Assembly (NCBI GenBank): GCA_021778805.1
Contig: JAJYBV010000028.1
Coordinates: 1-32,000, forward strand
Direction: 5' to 3'
DNA: 32,000 bases
Source: Chloroflexota bacterium
Lineage (GTDB): Bacteria > Chloroflexota > Ktedonobacteria > Ktedonobacterales > JACDGC01
Shown here: piece by piece, positions 1-7,593 of the stretch
How positions within the stretch are numbered: the first letter of the stretch is position 1
How the letters are laid out: every line of letters begins with the position of its first letter
Notes under the pieces: model-generated
What the model saw: only the letters and a program-made list of their open reading frames with translations
Databases searched by the model: none
What the model was told of the DNA's origin: nothing
Made by a program: the position numbers and the translations under genes

Positions 1-15
1 CCGTGTATAGCCGGT

Positions 16-102
16 CAGTGTTTGTTCAACAACAGGCGCTATGGGGTACTCAATGTACTCCGCTCTGTTGGTTTTCATCCTGATTAAAATAGTAAAGTTC
101 AT
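16..102 (+). repeat. Copy 1 of a repeated element of at least 87 nt (inverted copy at 12480..12566)
   Basis: These 87 nt (CAGTGTTTGTTCAACAACAGGCGC...TTCATCCTGAT...AAAG) align without gaps to the reverse complement of 12480..12566, with about 10 mismatches counted by eye. Weaker similarity continues at 1..15 and 103..135, so the element probably runs off the window start. Confidence 0.85.
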
Positions 103-135
103 TATCGTGCGGTGTTCGTTTTATGTCTTTGTAGA

Positions 136-507
136 TTAAGCGTGCAGCGCAGCGCCAATGACGAATGGAATAAGCCAAAATCCCCAAACAAACAAACTGA
201 ATGTGTGAAACATTTTCAGCTCATTCTCGCGGTTGCGTATTAGGGTAATTGCTGCCCATAGCGCATGGATAAACATTAATCCTAAAGCCATTGCGCCGGT
301 AACGCTATGCACATTGAGTTGAAAAATATTATGAGAAAGAGCAAACATCCTATCTGTGCCAATTGTATCACAGATTAAACCAGCTATGAAGAATATAAGA
401 TGAATCGGTTTCAGTTGTTTTGCAAAGTGTTCCGCCCACACACCAATGGTATACATAGTAAGAGCGGTCATCATTGATACAATTGCGATAATTAGTGTTT
501 CAGACAT
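136..507 (-). CDS. Small integral membrane protein, HsmA/TIGR03987-like
   Basis: 123-aa ORF with four hydrophobic helices. The YTIGVWAEH and CDTIGTD motifs resemble the HsmA family (recalled from memory). A GAGGT Shine-Dalgarno lies 6 nt upstream of the ATG at 507. Confidence 0.75.
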   Translation of the reverse strand: MSETLIIAIVSMMTALTMYTIGVWAEHFAKQLKPIHLIFFIAGLICDTIGTDRMFALSHNIFQLNVHSVTGAMALGLMFIHALWAAITLIRNRENELKMFHTFSLFVWGFWLIPFVIGAALHA

Positions 508-593
508 TGTTGTACCTCTTTTAGTAAGTTGATAATAAGCGATTAATCTAATCAGTTTAAGTTAATTTAGATTAGTTAATATTGATTAATCTG

Positions 594-622
594 ATAATAT
601 CATATAAAAAACAAATAGTCAA
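594..622 (-). promoter_or_regulatory. Sigma70-type promoter for the HsmA-like gene
   Basis: On the minus strand: TTGACT (plus 617..622), a 17-nt spacer, then TATTAT (plus 594..599). It sits about 85 nt upstream of the start codon. Confidence 0.55.
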
Positions 623-634
623 TATTGACTATTT
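613..634. promoter_or_regulatory. 22-bp perfect palindrome (candidate operator) in the hsmA-like/lon divergent region
   Basis: AAATAGTCAATATTGACTATTT is perfectly self-complementary and overlaps the -35 of the minus-strand promoter. Two GATTAATC palindromes lie at 541..548 and 584..591. Confidence 0.5.
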
Positions 635-797
635 AATGTGATAGAATTTTTTTGAGGGGAAGTTTTTAGTGTTATAAATATACCAAGCAGGCTAGAGATT
701 TGCTCCAAAATATGGTATAGTGTGTGTAATATGCATACTGTTATGCTCGTGTAACTTTTCATTATAATTATTTTTGCGCCGCGAAAGGATTGCAATA

Positions 798-3299
798 ATG
801 AATAGCGCACGCTCTCAATCACAACGAGATGAATCATATTTTCGTCAGATTATTGTTCTCATTGTCCCGGCTGTTATTTTTCCCGAAACTGAAGTCTCCG
901 TAACATTAGCAAATTCGCAATTTATTACCGGCGCGCAGGCCGCTTATAAGGCGCAAAAGCCTGTGTTTACCGTGCTTTCTAACTTAAATGTAGAATCTGC
1001 AGATGTTGATGTCAGCCAAAAAATATATAACATTGGCTGTGTTGCGAAGATTACCGCCATTAAGCAAATTTCAGAAGATGAAATTCAAATTACATGCGCT
1101 GGCTTATACCGCGCCAAACTAGAACGCATGCATGGGCTGAACCCTTTTATTACTGCTGAAATTTCGCCGCTTGCCGATATTGAACGTGACTATAACGAAC
1201 ACGTTCTGCGCACCCTGAAGGCTCATGCGCGGGAATTATTTGATCTTTTGGCGTTGTACGATCAAATTCCTTTAAAGGCCACCAGTATTTTTGCTACCCC
1301 CGAGCGTTCTCCTGGGCAGATTGCCGATAGTTTAGCCTGTTATTTTATCAAGCGAACGGCAAAACAACAAGAAACATTGGAAACACTGGATGTTGAAGGC
1401 CGTTTAGAAACGGTTTGCGTTGAATTGGGTACAGCCATTGCACAAGCAGAGCTGGAAAAAAAGGTCCGGCAAAAAGTTCACGAACAAGTATCGATAAATC
1501 AGAAACGGTACTATGTGCAAGAGCAAATTCGCGTTTTACAAGAAGAATTAGGACAAGATATTGCTTCGGAAACAAATGAGATCCGCGAACGCGCGCGGCG
1601 GAAAGATCTGCCGGAAGATGTTGCCAAGCGGCTGGAGCGTGAAGTAATCCGGCTGGAAAAAACTCCGCCTGCTTCGGCTGAGGTTTCAATCATCCGCCAG
1701 TATATCGATCTTATTTTGACGCTGCCATGGCGCGAGCAAACAAAAGAAGCGCTGGATATCGATAACGCTTGGAATATTTTAAACGCTAATCATTATGGCT
1801 TAGCCGGCGTAAAGCAGCGTATCATCGAGTTTTTAGGCGTTCGCTTATTCCGGGAAAATAATATGCGTCTGCGCAATGAAAGCGCGCCCCAAGAACAACG
1901 GCGTCCGAAACCGGTTATTTTATGCCTTATCGGCCCTCCCGGCGTAGGAAAAACATCTTTAGGGGAATCTGTTGCCCGCGCAATGGGCAGAGTTTTTGTG
2001 CGGATATCATTAGGCGGCGTGCACGATGAGGCCGAAATTCGCGGCCATCGCCGAACCTATGTTGGGGCAATGCCGGGCCGTATTATTCACTCGCTGAAAA
2101 CCGCCGGCTATAAAAATCCCGTTATTTTATTGGACGAAATAGATAAAATTGGGCAAGACGCTCAGCACGGAGATCCTGCCGCCGCTTTGCTGGAAGCGCT
2201 GGATCCATCACAAAATTCTTCATTTGTCGATCATTTCTTGGATATGCCGTTCGATCTTTCAGAGGTGTTTTTCATCTGCACCGGTAATTCGCGGTATACT
2301 ATTCCCCCGGCGCTGGCCGACCGGATGGAAATTATTGATATTCCCGGCTATACGCTGGAAGAAAAGAATACTATTTTTAAACAATATGTATTTCCTCATA
2401 CCTTAAAAGAACACACTTTTGAATCAGATCAACTTACCATTTCGCGCGATTTAATTCAATGGCTGATTCAATCATATACTTTTGAGGCTGGTATTCGTTC
2501 CTTGGAAAGAATCGCTTCAACAATCTGCCGGAAGGTTGCGCTGAAAATAATTGATGATCCGTCAAAGCGCGTGCGGCTCACTCAAAAAACACTGCTTTCC
2601 TATTTGGGAACACCGCAATTTATACCGGAAACGGCGCGGAAAGAAAACGCTGTAGGGTTGGTGAATGGTTTGGCGGTATCTTCCGCCGGAGGCATGATTA
2701 TGCCGATAGAGGTAGTAATACTGCCGGGAACTGGTAAAATTCAGCTAACGGGCCGGCAAGGTGAAATGATGCGTGAATCAGCGCACACAGGGGTTTCGTA
2801 TATACGCTTTGATGCGGATTGGCTGGAAATTTCTCCTTATTTTATGGATAAATGCGATCTCCATGTGCATTGCATGAACGGAGCCATCCCTAAAGACGGC
2901 CCATCGGCGGGCATAACGATAGCACTGGCAATTATTTCGGTTTTGCTGAACCGGCCGATTCGCGCCGACACCGCTATGACCGGCGAGCTTTCGCTGCACG
3001 GCAAAGTAATGGAGATAGGCGGGTTCCGCGATAAAGCGCTGGCTGCCTTTAACGCAGGATATCGCCGCATTATTGCGCCGGCGGCAAATCGCCGCGACGA
3101 AGCTGATATTCCCAGTGAAGCGCTGGCTAAATTAGAGATTATTTATGTTACCGGTATGCGCGATGTTGTCAGCGCTGCCCTGCTGCCATCTGAAGATACG
3201 GTAGATAGCGAGCGCGTGCTGTCTCCCGCAAGTGTTACCGCTGATATTGATTCATTTTCAATTCAACCTCAGCATTGCGCTGAGCGCGATCTATCTTAA
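798..3299 (+). CDS. lon: ATP-dependent Lon protease (LonA type)
   Basis: Contains a LON N-terminal domain, AAA+ Walker A GPPGVGKTS, Walker B ILLDEIDK and the S16 protease motif KDGPSAGIT. The ATG at 798 is preferred over the TTG at 774 because AAAGGA (784..789) sits 8 nt upstream. Confidence 0.95.
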   Translation: MNSARSQSQRDESYFRQIIVLIVPAVIFPETEVSVTLANSQFITGAQAAYKAQKPVFTVLSNLNVESADVDVSQKIYNIGCVAKITAIKQISEDEIQITCAGLYRAKLERMHGLNPFITAEISPLADIERDYNEHVLRTLKAHARELFDLLALYDQIPLKATSIFATPERSPGQIADSLACYFIKRTAKQQETLETLDVEGRLETVCVELGTAIAQAELEKKVRQKVHEQVSINQKRYYVQEQIRVLQEELGQDIASETNEIRERARRKDLPEDVAKRLEREVIRLEKTPPASAEVSIIRQYIDLILTLPWREQTKEALDIDNAWNILNANHYGLAGVKQRIIEFLGVRLFRENNMRLRNESAPQEQRRPKPVILCLIGPPGVGKTSLGESVARAMGRVFVRISLGGVHDEAEIRGHRRTYVGAMPGRIIHSLKTAGYKNPVILLDEIDKIGQDAQHGDPAAALLEALDPSQNSSFVDHFLDMPFDLSEVFFICTGNSRYTIPPALADRMEIIDIPGYTLEEKNTIFKQYVFPHTLKEHTFESDQLTISRDLIQWLIQSYTFEAGIRSLERIASTICRKVALKIIDDPSKRVRLTQKTLLSYLGTPQFIPETARKENAVGLVNGLAVSSAGGMIMPIEVVILPGTGKIQLTGRQGEMMRESAHTGVSYIRFDADWLEISPYFMDKCDLHVHCMNGAIPKDGPSAGITIALAIISVLLNRPIRADTAMTGELSLHGKVMEIGGFRDKALAAFNAGYRRIIAPAANRRDEADIPSEALAKLEIIYVTGMRDVVSAALLPSEDTVDSERVLSPASVTADIDSFSIQPQHCAERDLS

Positions 3300-3317
3300 C
3301 TGTTGGGCACGCGCTGT

Positions 3318-3346
3318 GGGCTGAGAAAATCAGCCCATTTTCTTTC
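3318..3346 (+). terminator. Rho-independent terminator of lon
   Basis: GGGCTGA-GAAAA-TCAGCCC hairpin followed by ATTTTCTTT, located 19 nt after the lon stop. Confidence 0.65.
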
Positions 3347-3358
3347 CGGCGTAAAATA

Positions 3359-4987
3359 CTAGCTAAGGTCGCCAAAAACCGGCGCGCCATGCACATAAAC
3401 TGCCTGTGGCTGTGTTTCTGCAATGCGATCGGCAGGAATTGCCAGCGGATTTTCCTCCAGCGCAACAAAATCTGCGGCATACCCCACGCGGATTGCGCCG
3501 CGCCAAGATCCACAATCTGCGGCTGCGGCGGCGTTGATTGTATACATTGCCAAAGCCTGCTGAACCGTCAGCGCCTCTTCTGTGCGCCATGGAGCCAGCT
3601 GTGGGTAGCGGTAATCGTTTCGGTTTACTGCTGCGCTGATTATTTTCCACGGATCGTTGGTTTCTATCGGCAAATCGGATCCCAATGTTACCAAAACACC
3701 TGCTTTTGCTAAAGATGCATAGGGGTACATAAGTGAACTGCTTGTTCCCCAAACGGCGTCAGCGGTTTCTCTATCAGAAACCGCATGGAAGGGCTGAACC
3801 GATCCGCATACACGCAGCGACGCCATTCGCTGTATATCTTGCCGCGAAATCAGCTGAATATGTTCCAGCCGAACGGTTTTTAAAGGTTGCAAAACAGATG
3901 GTTTATCGATTTTTATGGATTCTATTGCGTTTAATACGGTGTTTGCCGCTTTATCACCAATAGCGTGGATGGCGACGCCAATCGTATTATTTGCCGCGCG
4001 CAGCAAATAATCTCGCAATTCTGCTTCGGTGTGGGTTAATGTACCGTAATTCGCCACGCTATCCGCATATGGCTCCAGTGTGGCTGCGGTTCGTGACCCC
4101 AGCGCGCCGTCTGAAAATATTTTTATCCCCGTCAGCGCAATCCATTCATTGCCAAATCCGCCCTCTAAACCTAAGGAAGTCAGCGAATCTATTTCATCTG
4201 CGGGAATATAGTGGTTAAAGCGGAACTGCAGTTTGCCTTGCTCCAAAAGCCGCTGCTCAATTTTCAGCGCCGGGCGGCCCTCCATTAAAACAGATCCCGT
4301 TAATCCGCGCGCCAAACTGCTTTGTATCACCTGTTCATATGCGGCAAGTGTTCGGTCATCCAGTGTGCGTGTACGCTCATAAACTTCTGTAATCAGCTGA
4401 ACGGCGTTTTCAAATAACATACCATCCGGTTCATCATCGGCGCCGCGCCCAATATGCCCGCCAATCGGGTCCTGTGTTTCGCGGGTTATTCCGGCAATGC
4501 GCAGCGCGGCGGAATTTACCCAAACAGCGTGTTGGCTGTGTGTCCATAACAATACCGGGTGATGTGGCGCTACGCGGTCCAGCGAATATTTAGAGGGAAA
4601 TTGTTTATCGTCCCAATGATTTTGATTCCAGTGACGGCCGGTTATCCAAATTCCCGGCGGTGTTGCTGCGGCCATTTTGCCAATCATCTCGGCCGCGGCA
4701 GATTCGCTTGCCGCATTGGCAAGATCAATATCCATGGTATCCAGCGCGGCGCTGTAAAAATGCGCGTGCGAATCTATCAACCCGGGGATAATGGTTTTAC
4801 CCTTGGCGTCTAACATTTCGGGGTGGGTAAATTTCCCAATTGCAAGCTCTACATCGGATGCGCCGGAGCCAACCGCAATAATGCGCCCATCGGCCGGGTT
4901 TACCGCCATCGCGGCGGCGCGCGGCGTTTGAGGATCCATGGTTATAATATCTGCGTTATAAATCAGCAAAGGTTTACTGTAACTCAT
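3359..4987 (-). CDS. Metal-dependent amidohydrolase (Amidohydro_3 / YtcJ-like)
   Basis: 542-aa ORF. It has N-terminal IDSHAHF metal-binding histidines, an internal AIHAIGD and C-terminal GSDLPIE, which is the typical layout of YtcJ-like amidohydrolases. Confidence 0.85.
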   Translation of the reverse strand: MSYSKPLLIYNADIITMDPQTPRAAAMAVNPADGRIIAVGSGASDVELAIGKFTHPEMLDAKGKTIIPGLIDSHAHFYSAALDTMDIDLANAASESAAAEMIGKMAAATPPGIWITGRHWNQNHWDDKQFPSKYSLDRVAPHHPVLLWTHSQHAVWVNSAALRIAGITRETQDPIGGHIGRGADDEPDGMLFENAVQLITEVYERTRTLDDRTLAAYEQVIQSSLARGLTGSVLMEGRPALKIEQRLLEQGKLQFRFNHYIPADEIDSLTSLGLEGGFGNEWIALTGIKIFSDGALGSRTAATLEPYADSVANYGTLTHTEAELRDYLLRAANNTIGVAIHAIGDKAANTVLNAIESIKIDKPSVLQPLKTVRLEHIQLISRQDIQRMASLRVCGSVQPFHAVSDRETADAVWGTSSSLMYPYASLAKAGVLVTLGSDLPIETNDPWKIISAAVNRNDYRYPQLAPWRTEEALTVQQALAMYTINAAAAADCGSWRGAIRVGYAADFVALEENPLAIPADRIAETQPQAVYVHGAPVFGDLS

Positions 4988-5089
4988 AGTGTTTATTTGG
5001 CGGCTCCGTTCTTGCTTCTTTAAAGAATTGCGCGGCGCGTGTAAAGCGCGGGTATGTTAGGCGGCAATAACGCCGCTGCTGCGCTGTAT

Positions 5090-6277
5090 TTAGGGAAACA
5101 GCAGCAGCGCAGTGCGCACCAATGTTTCTGCGCCAATTCGCAAACTGTCTTCATCGATATTAAACAGCGCGCTATGGTGCGGCGCTTGTATGCCTTTTTC
5201 AGGATTACCGGCGCCAACCAGGAAATAGCAGCCGGGGGCAGTATCCAAAAAGTGCGCCATATCATCGCCAACGGTTTGCATGCAATCTTCAATAATATTG
5301 CTTTCACCAACAGTTTGTACGGCGGCGGCGCGCACTACTGCCGCTACCGAAGCGTCGCTTACACATGGCGGAATGCCAAGATTGCTTTCAAGAACGCATT
5401 CACTGCGCATACTTGCCGCAATTCCCGAAGCTATTTCGCCAATACGTTTCATAATATGCGCTCTATCTGCAGGATCATATGCGCGCACTGTGCCGGTTAA
5501 AACGGCTTCATCGGCAATAATATTAAATGCTGTACCGCCATGGATGGCGCCCACCGTAACAACTGCGCGATGGCTTGGCGCAATTTCGCGGCTGACGATG
5601 GTTTGCAGCGCTAAAACAATCGTCGCCGCCGTTACAATGGGGTCTACGCTTAATTCCGGCATAGCGCCATGGCCGCCTTTGCCGCGCACACGAAGAATAA
5701 ATTCATCGGCGCTGGCAAATATTGGGCCGGGTTTAACGCCGATGGCTCCAACATGAAACGGACTCCACAAATGCAAGCCAATGACTGCGTCGGGGAATGG
5801 AACTTTTTCAAACACTTTATCTTGAATCATAGCCATTGCTCCGCCGGCGCGTTCTTCTGCCGGCTGAAACAGCATGGTAACATGAAATGGCAGCTGCTCG
5901 CGTAAAGCGGATAGCGCGGCCGCAGCGCCTAACCCGATAGCAATATGGCCATCGTGGCCGCAGGCGTGCATTTTCCCCGATTCTTGTGATCGATATTCAA
6001 CTTGGTTTGCTTCCTGCACGGGCAGCGCGTCTATATCAGCGCGAATCAGCAAATTTTTGGCGCCGCTTTCGGCTTTTCCACCGGCAATAAATCCCACCAC
6101 GCCGGTTTGCCCAATGCCGCTATGCGTTTGATAGCCTAATTCGGTTAGTTTAGCTGATATAATATCCGCGGTTCGCGTCTCTTCAAAAGCCAGTTCCGGG
6201 TGTTGATGCAAATCGCGGCGAATAGCAATCATTTCAGGAATTAAAGCAGCAATTTCTGCGGAAACATCAATAGTCAT
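5090..6277 (-). CDS. M20/M20D-family amidohydrolase (N-acyl-amino-acid / hippurate hydrolase-like)
   Basis: Contains MHACGHDGH and LFQPAEE metal-ligand motifs and an IRRDLHQHPELAFEE N-terminus. The start is set at the internal ATG 6277 (MTIDVSAE...) because GGAAAG lies about 8 nt upstream. The track ORF extends to 6370. Confidence 0.9.
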   Translation of the reverse strand: MTIDVSAEIAALIPEMIAIRRDLHQHPELAFEETRTADIISAKLTELGYQTHSGIGQTGVVGFIAGGKAESGAKNLLIRADIDALPVQEANQVEYRSQESGKMHACGHDGHIAIGLGAAAALSALREQLPFHVTMLFQPAEERAGGAMAMIQDKVFEKVPFPDAVIGLHLWSPFHVGAIGVKPGPIFASADEFILRVRGKGGHGAMPELSVDPIVTAATIVLALQTIVSREIAPSHRAVVTVGAIHGGTAFNIIADEAVLTGTVRAYDPADRAHIMKRIGEIASGIAASMRSECVLESNLGIPPCVSDASVAAVVRAAAVQTVGESNIIEDCMQTVGDDMAHFLDTAPGCYFLVGAGNPEKGIQAPHHSALFNIDEDSLRIGAETLVRTALLLFP

Positions 6278-6296
6278 AGGTTCAACTTTCCTGCTG

Positions 6297-6341
6297 ATAA
6301 AAATATTTTGCTTGCGCATACAGGTGTGTTTTTGCGCCAAA
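6297..6341 (-). terminator. Terminator-like hairpin between the RNA motif and the M20 start (candidate expression platform)
   Basis: Minus strand: TTTG-GCGCA ... TGCGC-AAG-CAAA (5+4 bp) followed by ATATTTTTAT. It ends about 20 nt before the M20 ATG. Confidence 0.4.
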
Positions 6342-6379
6342 CAGATCTCATAACTGACACTGTGCAGCATTGAATTGCC

Positions 6380-6488
6380 AGAGACCTGTGCCTAAAAAGA
6401 AATAAGCGAAATCGGGGAATACCCCGGTCCCGTCCAGGAATCATACTGTGCTTTTGGCACCTTCTGCTTTACGTTTGCTCAGGTCTCT
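6380..6488 (-). promoter_or_regulatory. Candidate structured cis-regulatory RNA, copy 1 (paralog at 29758..29850)
   Basis: Three nested helices: AGAGACCUG/CAGGUCUCU (6480..6488 with 6380..6388), GUGCC/GGCAC (6456..6460 with 6388..6392), and the hairpin CGGGG-UAUU-CCCCG (6413..6426). It shares the sequence blocks AGACCTGAGCA, TAAAGCAG, AGGnGCCA, TTTCG, TTTTTAGGC and AGGTCT with copy 2. Confidence 0.45.
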
Positions 6489-6540
6489 AGTATTGTACAA
6501 TGTCTGTCAGATTCGGCGCCAAACGATATTAGAAATATGT

Positions 6541-7593
6541 TTAAGCGCGCACAGTTCGGGCATTTCGGCGCAGAAGCCACAAAAAGAATGGGCCGCCGAT
6601 CAGCGCAGTAACTACACCCAGCGGCAATTCGGTATATGCGTGAAAAAATGCCGGCATAAATACCCTAGCCAGCGTGTCGGCCCATATGAGAAAACTGCCA
6701 CCGGTAAATAGCGACATTATGATGAGCGGTCGATGTTTGGGGCCGATAAGCTGCCGGCAAATATGCGGGATAACTAACCCAACAAAGCCAACCAGCCCAC
6801 TAAGCGAAACTGCGCAAGCCACTAAAAGCGACGCCGCAGCGACAACGCCGAATTTTGCGCGTTCGACACGCACACCTAAAAAAGCTGCGTTTTCCTCGCC
6901 AACTGCAAATGTATCTAACACCGGCGCAACTAACACAGATCCGGCAAACGCCGCAATGACAATGAACGCAACTGCGCCGATTGGCCGCCATGTATTTATG
7001 ATGATGCCGCCCGAAAGCCATAAATATAACGAGCCGATTCTGTCGCTGACGGCGACATTTTGCGTAATAATGATTGTTTGCGCCGCGCCGAGCAGCGCGC
7101 TGACTGCTACACCGGAAAGCAGCAGGGTAACTACCGGCGCGCGGTTATCTACCCTGGCCAGTATGTACACCAATGCAACAGAAAGCAGTGATCCCGCAAA
7201 CGCCAGAAGCGGCACGCCATAAAATCCCGCTATATAATAAAAAGCTGGTATGGCAAACGCTATGGTAGCGCCCAACGCCGCGCCGGATGATGCGCCTAAC
7301 AGAAACGGATCTGCCAGGGGATTGCGCAGCAGCCCCTGAAACAGCACACCCGAAAGCGCCAGCGCAACACCAACAATAGCGCCTTCCACAATTTGTGGCA
7401 GGCGAACCTCAAGCACTATAGGTTGAGCATAGCTTGGCCAATTTGGCGCAAAGTGAAACAGCCCGGTTTGGTTCAATAGAATTTTTGCAACAATATCCGG
7501 GCTGATATACACTGGCCCAAACGCCGCCGCCAACGCCATAGATATTGGCAGCAGAATTATTGCCGCCGCAATAAAAAGATAGGTTCGTTTCAT
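6541..7593 (-). CDS. FecCD-family ABC permease (iron-siderophore / B12 / heme type, BtuC/FepD-like)
   Basis: 350-aa polytopic membrane ORF with typical FecCD features (PLGVVTALIGGPFFLWLL C-terminus). Its start overlaps the upstream stop by ATGA (7590..7593). Confidence 0.9.
   Translation of the reverse strand: MKRTYLFIAAAIILLPISMALAAAFGPVYISPDIVAKILLNQTGLFHFAPNWPSYAQPIVLEVRLPQIVEGAIVGVALALSGVLFQGLLRNPLADPFLLGASSGAALGATIAFAIPAFYYIAGFYGVPLLAFAGSLLSVALVYILARVDNRAPVVTLLLSGVAVSALLGAAQTIIITQNVAVSDRIGSLYLWLSGGIIINTWRPIGAVAFIVIAAFAGSVLVAPVLDTFAVGEENAAFLGVRVERAKFGVVAAASLLVACAVSLSGLVGFVGLVIPHICRQLIGPKHRPLIIMSLFTGGSFLIWADTLARVFMPAFFHAYTELPLGVVTALIGGPFFLWLLRRNARTVRA

Noticed and set aside
774-797. TTG start extending Lon by 8 codons.
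   Set aside because: The ATG at 798 has an AAAGGA SD at the right distance, and the TTG has none.
6278-6370. 31-codon N-terminal extension of the M20 amidohydrolase in the track ORF.
   Set aside because: The extension has no SD and runs through the terminator-like hairpin. The family N-terminus (IRRDLHQHPELAFEE) sits correctly after the ATG at 6277, which has a GGAAAG SD.
6377-6392. The plus-strand string GCCAGAGACCTGTGCC resembles the cobalamin riboswitch B12 box, next to a BtuC-like permease.
   Set aside because: The rest of a cobalamin aptamer (AGGGAA, GCCACUG and similar blocks) is absent. On the plus strand the aptamer body would lie antisense inside the M20 CDS. The string is better explained as one arm of the nested helices of the minus-strand motif.
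6380-6488. Possible small SRP (4.5S) RNA or other housekeeping ncRNA, given the ~110-nt hairpin-like fold.
   Set aside because: The apical loop is UAUU rather than a GNRA tetraloop, and the conserved domain IV motif (GGUCCGGAAGGAAGCAGC-like) is absent. A diverged second copy in a leader position argues for a cis element.
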